64,000 nt of DNA from Octopus vulgaris (taxonomy: Eukaryota): positions 620,001 to 684,000 of the forward strand of contig OX597837.1 of NCBI GenBank assembly GCA_951406725.2. Reading direction: 5' to 3'. How positions within the stretch are numbered: position 1 is the first letter of the stretch; the number at the start of each line of letters is the position of its first letter. The position numbers and the translations under genes are program-made. The notes below the pieces were generated by a model. It saw only the letters and a list, made by a program, of their open reading frames with translations, ran no database searches and was not told the origin of the DNA. Shown here in pieces: positions 51,817 to 63,795 of this stretch.

Positions 51817-54800
51817 TTATTTCCCGTCGGCGTGTTTATGACTTTCAAGCCATTTTTGGTCTTCCCGCTTCAGCCATATATAGAAGCTGGCTTTTTCGAC
51901 CGCCTCCTGTACTCTCCTTATTAGTTTACGCAGCTCGGGGCTAGAAAAAACAAATCTTCTTTTGAAAAGCGTTCTCATTTTCTTTTCAATGAAACCTCTA
52001 GCCCCGACTGCCAGGTGATAATATTCGACATTCCATCCCTGTTCTCTGCATTCTTCGATTAGCTTTTCATACCTCTTCTCCTTTCGTTCCTCTGCGTTGC
52101 CGATGTTCTCTTCCCCAGGTTCTGTCAGTTCTAGTAAAATTCCCATTCTCCGGTCTCTGTTCCATAGAACTAAATCCGGTCTTTTTGTTGTTTTTATTAG
52201 TGGAAATATTACTTGTCTTTCCAAGTCCGTGGCCATCTCCCAGTATCCCTTCCATCTTTCGTCTATCTCGTATACTTTACTTGTAGGCCTGGTTTTATAA
52301 CCTTTTCTCTCCTTGTGGAAATATACTTTCCTGCGCTTTTCTACTTTTGGGTACTCTCCCCTATTGTACCTCTCGATCTTCTCCTTGAGTGCTGCGCTTA
52401 TGACACCGAGGACTTGATTATGCCGCCATGTATATCTTTCAAGTGCTAGTCTGCAACCTGACAGAACATGTCTAACCGTCGCTTTCTCTCCGCATCTACA
52501 CTCATCGGTTTTGTTTATGTTCCACCGGACTAAGTTCGCCGGTGAGGGTAGAATGTCGAAGGTAGACTTGATCAAGAAGGATGTTCTTGCTTATTCCCAA
52601 GCCCAAATTCCTTCCATGATATTCTGCGGCTGATCACATATTCCTCCCATCTCGGGCACTGTCCCTGTTGACTGCATTGCACCAAATGTACATTTCGCCT
52701 TTCTTCTTCCTCCTTTCTCTCTTTCATCTCTTTTACACTGCTCTTGCAAAATGGCCTGAAATTTTGCGACCCTAGGCCGGTTCTAGCTTCTTGCGTCGCT
52801 CCGACTATATCTGCGTGCTTTAGTTTTCCGGTTTCCCTGTTTACTGCCTCTTCCGCCTTCCATTTCCTCCCTGTTCGTACCTTTGGAGGGTTTTCCCGGA
52901 TGCTCTGATCTTTTGAATACCTTAGCATCATTACTGTCCTTACCTTTCCTGCCTTACATTCTTCGGCGATTGATGTTATTGGTAGTTACAGCACGGGTTG
53001 TATTCAGTGGTTTCGGCAGACCAAGCCATTTTCTGATAAACACACTGCATCTTTGCTCCATCCTTTCTACTCTACTCGAGGCTATTTCGTACATTTTCAA
53101 TGGCCACATTATCCTTGGGTACAGCCCAAATTGCAGTATCCAACATTTGAATTTTCCCGGCAGCGTTGTTCTGTCAATTGCCTTTAATCCTTGTTCTACT
53201 AACTCGTGTGTTTCTTTCCCTTGCTTCTTATCATTTGATAAATCTCTATACCATCTGCCGAGACTCTTTACTGGTTGTTCTTTCACCGTTGGTATGTCTT
53301 CACTTCCTATCCTGAATTTCACTTCTTCTTGCCTTCCTTTCACGAAAGCCACGCTTCGAGATTTTTTGGCTTTGAATTTCATCACAGTTTGTAGATCTGA
53401 GTAGCATTTCCATGACTAGCACGAATAAGATGACTGATACAGTGCATCCGGCTGCAATACCTATTTCAAGCCGTTGCCACTCCGTTGTGAACTTTCCTGC
53501 TGTACATCTCATCCTCAGGTTGTCGTAGTACGACATTAGCATTCGTTGCACATCTTTTGAAATCCAAAAGAAGTCCATCGCTGTCTTTATTATTGCGTGC
53601 GGAACAGATCCATAAGCATTGGCAAGATCTAGCTAAACAATATATAGGTTTTTCTTCATTTGTTTTGCACAGGTGATGGCTTCCCAGATGGAAAATGCGT
53701 GAACTATGCACCCAGGGATTCCGGAGATTCCTGCTTTTTGAATCGCTTCATTAACGTATCCGCTATGCTGTACGAATCTTATGATTCGTCTAGCAATTAT
53801 TCCGAACATGATTTTTCCGTCTGTATTTAGTAGTGAAATCGGTCTAAATTGGCCTAGTGTTTTTGCCTCTTTTTCTTTAAGGTAGATAGATACCTTCGGC
53901 TATACACCATCGCTCCGCTACATCTTTCTCCTTCCACATTTCTCTTATCAGTGCAAACAGCTGCAATCGTAATTTTGGGCAATATTTATATACCTTGTAG
54001 CTCACTCCATCGTTCCCTGGTGCACTTTTTGCTCTTGCTTTCCTTATGAACTCATCCATTTCTTTCCGTTTGATGTCGCTCAAATCAAATGGTACTCTTG
54101 GTTCAGGCGGTTTCTTCAGTCCGTGCATTTCTGGGAGTACTTCATTTCTGTCAGAGTCGCTGTATGTCTCTTTCAGATGTTCGAGCTCTTCTTTCGTGCA
54201 ATCCAATTTTCCACTTTTACTTTCAGTAAATAGATGTTTCGCATATTGATAGGGATTGTTCACAAAGCTACGATAGTTTTTTTCCCTCTCCTTTCTTCTG
54301 CTCCTCCTTCTTTGTTTTCTTAGCAGATCTCGATGCCTCTTTTCTATCTCTTCATATAGCTGCTTTAGCCCTTCTCTTTCCTCCTCCTTTGCATCCCTCC
54401 ATCTGGTTCTGAGTTTTTTCTTCTCTTCTCGAATCTTTGCGATCCGTCTTTCTCTCCTCGATGGTCCGATCTTTGCCGTTGATTCTACCTTCCCTGTTGT
54501 TTCCAGTCCAAATCTTTTCTCTCCTTCCTGGTAGATTGTATTAGCCAGGTTTTCGAGCTTTTGTTCGTCGTCGCCTTTGAATTTGGTGGTCATTCTTCCT
54601 ACCTCGTCGTCAAATTTTTTATGACTCGCCGCGTCATATGCTTTCGGCCACTTAACCTTTGTCCTCTTCACGCCTATCAGTCTTTTTGACTGTTCCAATT
54701 CAACTGTGGAATGAACCTCGCTATGGTTATTTTCCGGGGTGTTCTGGCCACACCTCTTATGGTTTATCAACCCGCGTTGTTGAATTACTTTCTTCTGATA

Positions 54801-54880
54801 CACCTTCCTTTCGTGTATTCTCACCTTCCCTTGGTGTAACTAGCAAACACCTTTCCGCAGCAGCTGAATTCCTCATCTAC
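51817..54880 (-). pseudogene. HERO ORF (RT + CCHC + restriction-like endonuclease), frameshifted with deletions
   Basis: RAKSAPGNDGVSYKVYKYCP, QFRPISLLNTDGKIMF, QKAGISGIPGC, LDLANAYGSVPH, GIAAGCTVSVILF, MKFKAKKSRS, LPGKFKCW, DILPSPANLVRW..CRCGEKATVRHVLSGC..RYTWRHNQVL, RPDLVLW..ELT..ERKEKRY. Confidence 0.9.
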
Positions 54881-55164
54881 CATTCCTATACCGTTTCCTT
54901 TCTCATTGTCCATTTCCGGTCCAAGTCCATTTCGTTTTTTCCGTCCCTATTTGATCCTTTATTCTCCCCCCGTGGTCCGGGATCATGGGTGCATGATTTC
55001 CCATGTTTTTTCGTTTCAATTTTAGCCCGGATCGGGCTGCAAGCCCATTTGATCCTTCATTACGCTGTCGTACTGTCAAGCGTCCCTCCGCTTTGTCATC
55101 CCTCTTTCTGGATTGTCAGCAAGTCTTTCCCTGCAGTCAGTATCTGAGGGATTACAACCGTGTT

Positions 55165-55165
55165 G

Positions 55166-55218
<53 letters not shown>

Positions 55219-55450
55219 GTATATATATATATATATAGGTATGTATGTGAGAGGTTCTTTGTCACCCGCCATCGCTTGATTTGACAACCGTTGCTGGTGT
55301 GCTTACGTTCCTGTAACTTGTCGGTTGAGAAGAGACCGAGAGAAAAGGCACCACGTTTTAAAACAATATGTACAGGCGTCGATGATTTCCTCTAAAAATT
55401 TAAGGCGGTGCCCCAGCATGGCCGCAGTCCAATACTTGAAACAAGTAAAA
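55165..55450 (+). mobile_element. SINE family A 3' half
   Basis: CCATCGCTTGA..GCTGGTGTG..GGCGGTGCCCCAGCATGGCCGCAGTC..GAAACAAGTAAAAG. Confidence 0.8.
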
Positions 55451-55946
55451 GCTATTGGCTATACAAGATGAATATTCCTAGTAAAATAATATAAATAAAA
55501 CCTATAATAAAATCTACTGCAATATCCGCACAGTGAGAAATACACTAAATAGAATATAAGAGAGTTGCCATGTGATATGCCTTGAATATAAAACAAGACA
55601 GTTGTTATGTCAGAAACAATTAGAGGAGATCATTTGGTTGGTGAGAAAGAAAATATGGACCAAAACTAGAGATACGCCGGAAGAAGAAACGTCGAATTTA
55701 CGTGTTTCAGTCATTAGACTGCGGCCATGCTGGGGCACGGTCTCAAAGGATTTTACTGTGGCTGAACGAATCGACCACAGTACTTGATATTTTAGAGCAT
55801 GGTACTTAGTCTGTCGGTCAAGTTTAGCAAGTACGTAAACAAACCAATACCAGTTGGTGGTGGTGAATCAAAAATATGAAATAAAGACACAGGCATATAT
55901 GCATGTATGTATGTATGTAAGTATGTATGTATATGCATATTTATGC

Positions 55947-55984
<38 letters not shown>

Positions 55985-56142
55985 TGTTTATTTGGGTTGT
56001 ATGTACATCAGCATGTAATTCGAACGAGAATCTACACGTGATTGCATGTTCGAAGTGTATAAACATTTAATCATATATAAATATTACCATGGTTCTTATA
56101 TATATATATTTCTATTTTCTCTCCCTGTTTATTTCTGTGTTC

Positions 56143-56178
56143 CTTTCTGTTGAAGTGCGTAGGCTCGAAACGTAAAAG
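56143..56178 (+). ncRNA. Minimal hammerhead-like fold, CUGUUGA core, in a ~165-bp solo pseudo-LTR between (TA)n tracts
   Basis: CTTT-CTGTTGA-A-GTGC gtag GCTC-GAAAC GTA^AAAG; homologous to 60303-60338 and similar to 18930-18964. Confidence 0.55.
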
Positions 56179-56373
56179 ACTTTCTCATTTTCCGAGCGAT
56201 AAAGTAATACATCTCTTTGTTGTTTTCACACCCGTCTTCGTCTTTCGTTTATTTTTTGTAAATTCTCACTATATATATATGCATACACACCTGTAATTAA
56301 AAGCGTGAAGTGTGCGCATATCTATATATTTGTATGAATGTAAAAATGTATGTGTATAAATGAAGGCATGTAC

Positions 56374-56422
<49 letters not shown>

Positions 56423-56509
56423 CATACCCTGGGGATACATCTATCTATCTCATTATTTACTGGAATTGTATAAATATGTGCATGTGCTTGAGTGTGTGTG
56501 TATGAACTT

Positions 56510-56575
<66 letters not shown>

Positions 56576-57389
56576 GCTTATCAGTGTGTTTGTGTGTGTG
56601 TGCGTGTAGTATTACAGTAGACATGTTGCTGCATCCGGATTAAGAGTGAAATTAAACAAATATTTATAATAAAATGGATTAGTGAGACACTTAAAATCAG
56701 AATTAATTGGAAACGGTTTTCCTGGTATTACCGTTGATGTTGTTGCTATTGTTGTTGGTGTTTGTTTATACCCATTGTTGATGCTGAGAACGACGTTGAT
56801 AGGGACAACCATCATGATAGTGTCAATGGTGTTGATGATTGTGTTGGTAGCCATGGTGACGACGATCATCATCATCATTTATTATTATTATTATTATTAT
56901 TGTGGTGCTGTGTTGGTTTTGGGATGAAGTCCTTCACGATGACAACGAGGAAAATGATGATGATGATGAAGATGATGATGATGCGCTTGATGAGGAAGAA
57001 GAGAAGGAGGATGAGGGAAGAGGGTGATGTTGTTGCTGTTGTTAGGATGGTGTAATGGCAAAATCCTTACGGAGTCGAACAGAATGCTTTGAGCTGTCTC
57101 CCTGTTCTTTCTGGTTCTTTACTTTCTACTTCCAAATGCCACCGAAGTTACCTTTGCCTTGCATCGTTGCAGGTCGGGAAAACAAGGCAACAGTCAGGTG
57201 CTGGAGTCGATATAATCGATTAACGTCCACCTCATGCTCAACGTCGTCGTCGTCCTCCTCCTTCCTCTCTTCCTCCCTCTCTCCTCATCATCATCGACTC
57301 CTTTTTTCCCTATCCTCCCTCCTACTCGCTCTTCCTGTTCTTCCTCTCAAAACATTGCTGGTTTGTCAGAAAACGAAGAGTGAAATGTC

Positions 57390-57960
57390 ACCATAAATCT
57401 GCCCAGGTTTGCTTTTGTAACGAACAAAACAATTCGTAGTGTTTTCCTGGTGCATGAAATTCAAAGTGAAACAAAAAAAAAAAACTTCCACACTTAGAAA
57501 TGAAACGTTGCCTCCAAAGCATTCGCAAGTACGAAACGTCAATGAGACACAGTAGAAAAAACGAATGGTGCGGTGAGTGTGAGATTTGCCTCAGCGTTAC
57601 AGGTGAGGAACTTCTCCGTAAAACCATGGAAAGGAAGAATTTATCCTTTTATTCTATATGGAGACACATCCAGCAAAGATCCCACTATAAGATGTGCAAC
57701 AGGAGCGAGTATGTGGGGGATAATGAGGGCCATCTTGTCGGACAACAAGGATGTCGAAATAAGTGAAGGAGCGCAGGAGGTATGCCAGGAAGCACAAAAT
57801 AACTGGCTGGATGTAGATTTAAATATCTTAATGGAAATCAATCAAATCGAAGTCATCCGTGTCCGGATCAACCAGCCGAATAATAAAAGTTTTTGCGTGT
57901 CTTATTTTTTGTGGCAGTTGAGGGCAGACTGTGAAGTTTCTGTATTTGTGGAGTTACTAG
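57390..57960 (-). mobile_element. Possible highly degraded DIRS-type tyrosine recombinase fragment
   Basis: Spaced motifs across frames: ILAPVAHL, KFFLS..SSPVTLRQISH, and a frameshifted SHDVR-like stretch. Weak. Confidence 0.25.
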
Positions 57961-58195
57961 TCACCTAAGGATTTTCTACAGACAATAGGGGGTTAACGAA
58001 CGAAGACTTCGACTGATGCCAATCCACAAACACAACATGGATACCTGTAATATTAGTTATAAGAAATTATGAACAGAAACAGAAAGAGCAGCCACAGCAG
58101 CATTAATTAAACTCCGTGGTAAGAAAAACAGGAGGTACAATGAAAAGCCGTAAAAGAGTGTCTCAACTCAAACCTTCCTTCAGGAAACTTCAGTC

Positions 58196-58641
58196 ACAGT
58201 CTGGTCAAAAAGTATCGCGACTGTTGTTATAGTGACAGAGCTAAAGTACGAAGAGTGAAGCTGCTTGGCTCAGGTTACCTTGAACTCTGTCGCGCATGCA
58301 CATTAAGTTCTCGCTTACTTCCGTTGTTTATAGCAGAGCTTGGAGGGTGGTGGTTCTATGGTTATGATCTCGAAACCAAGGTTAAAGTCAAATCCCACTT
58401 GAAAGGAATGCAATTTGAAGACGTCCAGAAAATTCAAGATAATGAGTTTAGGTAGATACTCACTATTCCAAAAAAAAAAAAGGAGTTCCATGAATGCTTC
58501 CATCAATGGAAACGTCGCTGGGCGAAGTGTGCGGTTTCAGAAGGGGACAACTTCCAAGGAGATTAAATGCCGAATTCATATGTGTTGTAGTTTTCTTTTT
58601 GTGGCCCCTTTCCCCTTAAATTTTCATCAGACGTCGTATAC
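58196..58641 (+). mobile_element. Internally deleted mariner element
   Basis: WFYGYDLETK joined to KSHLKGMQFEDV and FHECFHQWKRRWAKCAVSEGDNFQGD; TIR-like ends CAGTCTGGTCAAAAAGTATC / TTTTCATCAGACGTCGTA. Confidence 0.8.
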
Positions 58642-58822
58642 ACAGACATATCTCTTTTGTTTCCTCTGTTCGGAATTTTCTGACTCTGAATTATCGTCGT
58701 CCGATAAACGGGTCGGGGGAGGGAAACTTAGAAAAAGCCATGAAGGGTGATATGTAACAGCCACAACTATTTAACCAGCCACACGTTTATACCATCACCT
58801 CCAACACCTCGGTTGCAACTAC

Positions 58823-58855
<33 letters not shown>

Positions 58856-59711
58856 AAGCTGAGACATCACTAACGACAAGAACAGGAAAACACATGCACA
58901 ATTATGGTGTGAATGGGAGAGCAAGTGGGAGAAAAAAGGAATATAGAGAGAAGAAGAGCAGAAGATGGGAATAATAAAAAGGATGTAAGAGTTTTGTGAA
59001 AGAGGGGGTGGGAGGAATTTGGGTGAACGGGATGTGGAAAAGAAATGAAAATCAGAAGAAAGTGGTGAGAAGATAGAAGAGGAAATATAAGAAGGAAAGA
59101 GTGTGGTAGGTGGAGAAGGTAAGAAAGGAGGAGGAGGAGAGAGGGAGAGAAAGAGTTAAAGGTCAAGGAGAACAAAATACCCTTCGAACGCCAAATGAAC
59201 AATGATGGGTTCGATAATTGATTTCTGTTTACTACTTTCTCACCTTCTCTCAATTCACAGAGGGAAAGTTGTTGTTGCTGTTGCCGTTGCTCCTGCAGTT
59301 GTTGTTGTTAACTTTATTTCAGATGTCGTCGTTGTCGACGTTGTTATTGTTGCTGATGCCGTTGTCATTGTTGTTCTTGTTTTTATTGCCGTTGTTGTTG
59401 TTGTTGCTGCTGCTTCTATTCTCGCCTTTGTTGTTGCTGGTGATGTGACGGTGGAAATAACGGTTTGTTTGATAAATGATAAATGGAGAAGATCATTTAC
59501 CTATCTGAAGTGATTTCGAGAGAAATTGAGAGATAAATACAAAATGGCGGGAGAGTAGGAGGAGATTCGGCATTTAGGTTACGGGTTAGCTTTGCAAATG
59601 GAAATGCAGAGAAACAGATAGAAAGAGACATAGCAACACCAACTGTATGGCGGGGTGGGGAGATCTTAAGACACGTAAAAGCAGATCTCTCTCCCTCCCC
59701 CTCTCTCTCTC

Positions 59712-59745
<34 letters not shown>

Positions 59746-59799
59746 AACATCACTCACGCGTGCACACATAGATACATATACATACGTATATATACATAC

Positions 59800-59859
<60 letters not shown>

Positions 59860-59864
<5 letters not shown>

Positions 59865-60427
59865 GATATTATTTTCATTAATAATATTAGTGGCAATCCA
59901 AAGTATGAACCGTAAAGGCAAGTTTAAAAACATTATGGTGGTAGCGAGTACTAGCTTTGCTAGAAATAGGAGTCAGACGAGCTCCAAAACAAACTCGCAA
60001 ACAAGGTTGAGATGAATGTTTTTAAATTTGACTTTTTTGCAACAAATTTAACTGAAGAGGAATGACTGATTTTGTTTTGCTTTTTATTTTTAGCACAGAA
60101 ACCGAAATTGATTTTCAGTAATCTGCCATTTCTTTTGCGGCCTTCACAAAAGTGGGAACTATAATTTTTATACACCGCCCGCTTTCCCCATGCTTGTTTT
60201 CAGTGAGCTTCCTGTCGTGCCGGAGTTCGTCTGACTTCCACTTCTAGCAAAGCTGAACTCTACACTTTTTTTCATTCTCACTCTCTCTATTTCCTCTTAT
60301 TCCTTTCTGTCGCAGAGAGTAGGCTCGAAACATAAAAGACTTTTCCATTTTTCTCGAACGTCAAGCTAATACACTTGCTAGTTCCTAACCTGTCTTCGTC
60401 ATTTGTTTTTCTATAAATTTCAACTGT
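59860..60427 (+). mobile_element. Penelope-type 3' remnant with decayed hammerhead (60303-60338)
   Basis: 3' 150 bp homologous to 56105-56270; CTTT-CTGTCGC-AGAGA gtag GCTC-GAAACATA-AAAG; both ends in (TA)n. Confidence 0.5.
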
Positions 60428-60497
60428 ATATATATATATATATATATATATAAATGAAAGAATGGAGTCGAACGACGATTTTAACAAAATTCCTTTA

Positions 60498-60580
60498 CTC
60501 TCGACACATGTTTCGAAGGCTGCATATTCCTAATTCCGAAGGAATAAAGGGTGCATTATGCCGCCATCTCATCAGGAAAG
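60498..60580 (-). ncRNA. Type I hammerhead with branched stem II (left arm)
   Basis: CTTTC-CTGATGA(60575-60569)-GATGGCGGCAT...ATGCAGCCTTC-GAAACATGTGTC^GAGAG. Confidence 0.8.
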
Positions 60581-60985
60581 ACAAGGAACTTATGTCAGCA
60601 CCATGAAGAGCAAAAACTTTTAGATGACTCCCCACATGATGTCCACAGTAATAATGAGTGTTTCTTTAAAATATCCCGTTATAAGCAATGACGTCAAAGT
60701 TGGTTGGATGGAGAATGTTCTAAAGAGTTCAAGAGTTCAAATTTGGTTGGGGGTAGAAAGCTCTAGGAAGGGGATAGAGTGCAAGCTGTATTGTATGGGG
60801 TTGCGTGGGTGTATTCTATTGTTAATGAGTTTGAGTGCTTGTGTGTATGTATATAACTGTATTCGTGCCTGTGTGTGTGTGTGCGGGTGACTGTGTGTGT
60901 AGGGTGACAAATGTCAGAAACATTTAGTGTTTCTAAAAGTTATCTAAAAGTTTTGCTCTTCATGGTGCTGACATAAGTTGCTTGT

Positions 60986-61068
60986 CTTTCCTGATGAGAT
61001 GGCGGCATGATGCACGCTTTATTCCTTCAGAATTAGGAATATGCAGCCTTCGAAACATGTGTCGAGAG
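60986..61068 (+). ncRNA. Type I hammerhead with branched stem II (right arm)
   Basis: CTTTC-CTGATGA(60991-60997)-GATGGCGGCAT..ATTCCT tcagaatt AGGAAT ATGCAGCCTTC-GAAACATGTGTC^GAGAG. Confidence 0.8.
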
Positions 61069-61198
61069 TAAAGGAATTTTGTTAAAATCGTCGTTCGACT
61101 CCATTCTTTCATTTATTCATAGTTAAAAAAAACACAAATTTACACATATATATATATATATATATATATGCATATATATATATATATGTATATATGCA

Positions 61199-61585
61199 TC
61201 TCTCTCTATATAAACGGCAGTTTGTCTGTGTGTGTTTCTGTGTGTCTGTTTTCTCGTACCCTCACCCTGACCACGGCTTTCAACCGATTCTGATGAAACT
61301 TGCCACACACATAGCCCAATGTCATAATTCAAAACTAACTTTGCAGCGAAAAATTTGAAAAGTTCCCCCCAGTTCTGAAAAAAATCGGTAAATTCGACAT
61401 GGGGTCGAGAATCAGAAACACAAATCACAAACTGTCTAGAGGACGCAACTCCACCTTTTTTTAAATCTCAAAAAAAATTTACCATCATTTTTTTCCATTT
61501 TTTTGCTATTTTTTGGCTATAACTCTAAAAATGCTTTATAGTTATTTCCCGTACCAACCTGAGCAACGCCGGGCGATACTGCTAG
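61199..61585 (+). mobile_element. Non-autonomous Helitron, same family as 5295-5680
   Basis: A^TC...GAGCAACGCCGGGCGATACTGCTAG^T. Confidence 0.85.
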
Positions 61586-61726
61586 TATATATATATATGC
61601 ATATATATATATATATGTATATATGCATATATATATATATATATATATATGCATATATATATATATATATATGCATATATATATATATGCATATATATAT
61701 ATATATATATATGCATATATATATAT

Positions 61727-61757
<31 letters not shown>

Positions 61758-61786
61758 TGCATATATACATATATATATATATATGC

Positions 61787-61819
<33 letters not shown>

Positions 61820-61980
61820 TGCATATATACATATATATATATATATACATATATACATATATATATATATAGCCATATATACATATATATATATATGCAT
61901 ATATACATATATATATATATATATATATGCATATATATATATATATGCATATATATATATATGCATATATATATATATGC

Positions 61981-62026
<46 letters not shown>

Positions 62027-62358
62027 GCATATATACATATATATATATATATATATATGTATATTATAGAGGCATAAATGTACACATATAATATGCCCTA
62101 TACAATATAGATATAATTAATTTGTTCAAAAAGAAAAAAATTATTTTCGGATTTCTTTTCTTTTATGAGGTTTTCACGCTAGCTACCCGGATAATTTCTT
62201 GTTAAGATCCCTTATTAAGAGATTATCCTTAATTATTAAACTTATATATGTATATACATATATACATATATATATATATATGCATATATATATATATATG
62301 CATATATATATATATGCATATATACATATATATATATATATATGCATATATCTATATA

Positions 62359-62390
<32 letters not shown>

Positions 62391-62396
62391 CACACA

Positions 62397-62436
<40 letters not shown>

Positions 62437-62503
62437 TCTATATATATATATATAGATATACATATATATATATATATATAGATATATATATATATATATA
62501 TAT

Positions 62504-62544
<41 letters not shown>

Positions 62545-62596
62545 TATAGATATGCATATATCTATATATATATATGCATCTATATATATATATGCA

Positions 62597-62638
<42 letters not shown>

Positions 62639-62679
62639 TATATATGCATATATATATATGCATATATATATATATATGC

Positions 62680-62712
<33 letters not shown>

Positions 62713-62985
62713 TGCATATATATGCATATATATATGCATATATATGCATATATATATATATATATATGCATATATATATATGCATATATACATATATATA
62801 TATATATATGCATATATACATATATATATATATACATATATACATATATATATATGCATATATATATATGCATATATATATATATATATATATGCATATA
62901 TATATATGCATATATATATATATATACATATATATATATGCATATATATATATATATATGCATATATATATATATGCATATATAT
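61586..62985. repeat. (TA)n tract punctuated by GCA/CA, with a unique island at ~62070-62245
   Basis: Direct reading. Confidence 0.9.
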
Positions 62986-63738
62986 ATAACCTTTGCATTT
63001 GATTTTTTAATGTCTTTACCCCCATACTTTCGTGAGTTGAATTGAGCAAACACTATATGAGAGAGATTTTCTTTAATTATTAGAAATAGTTTAAAAAAAG
63101 TTTTTTTAGCTTACTATTTCTAATGAGTTCAGTATGTCAGCAAAGTAATTTATTTTACTAAGCCCTTTTATATAATGTAATAATTTGAATTCGCCTTAAA
63201 TGGTCCCTTTACATACTGAACACTTGGTGAAATTGATTAATAATTAATTAATTAATTTTACCCTCAATTGTTGAAATTATAATTCATCTCTCTCTATTTA
63301 ATGTTTCGGATTTACCGAAAAAGCATAATGTTTGCTGATTTTAACCCACGCTGGTGGAAAGGAGAGCAGAAATTCTTCGCTTGCATATTTTGGGTGTGCT
63401 GGCACTGTTAGTTTCGAGCAGATCTTCAGAAGCGATAAGAAGCCGAAAGGGTATGCTCCCACTTTCAGTGTTTTCAAATCCAAACCAAGGAGTTCTGAGC
63501 TGATGATAGAAATGTCGAGTTTGACTAATCTTGAAACGTACGTTCTCAAATAACCTTTGCATTTGATTTTTTAATGTCTTTACCCCAATACTTTCGTGAG
63601 TTGAATTGAGCAAACACTATATGAGAGAGATTTTCTTTAAGTATTAGAAATAGTTTAAAAAAAGTTTTTTTAGCTACTATTTCTAATGAGTTCAGTATGT
63701 GGCAAAGTAATTTATTTTACTAAGCCCTTTTATATAAT
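62986..63738 (+). mobile_element. Retrozyme-like non-coding element: 564-nt unit plus ~190-nt direct repeat
   Basis: 62986-63176 is repeated at 63550-63738; a hammerhead immediately precedes the second repeat; both ends in TA-rich microsatellite. Confidence 0.8.
63496..63548 (+). ncRNA. Type I hammerhead ribozyme
   Basis: TGAG-CTGATGA(63500-63506)-t AGA..GTCG agtt TGAC..TCT t-GAAAC GTAC GTT^CTCA; palindromic ACGTACGT stem III. Confidence 0.82.
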
Positions 63739-63743
63739 ATATA

Positions 63744-63795
<52 letters not shown>

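Larger units (their letters stand above)
51378..55164 (-). mobile_element. HERO-clade RLE non-LTR retrotransposon, near full length
   Basis: Single broken ORF with N-terminal CCGK..IH finger, RT motifs and RLE; 14-bp direct repeat ATTACAACCGTGTT at 51378-51391 and 55151-55164. Confidence 0.88.
60450..61116 (-). mobile_element. 5'-truncated Penelope-like insertion with inverted pseudo-LTRs
   Basis: ~175-bp inverted repeats at 60450-60625 and 60942-61116, each with a hammerhead; spacer has minus-strand TLELFRTFSIQPTL, like a GIY-YIG C-terminus. Confidence 0.75.

Noticed and set aside
63120-63235. CTAATGA plus 11-bp helix plus GAAA as a second hammerhead in the retrozyme unit
   Set aside because: G5 missing and GAAA is 7 nt away from the helix end.
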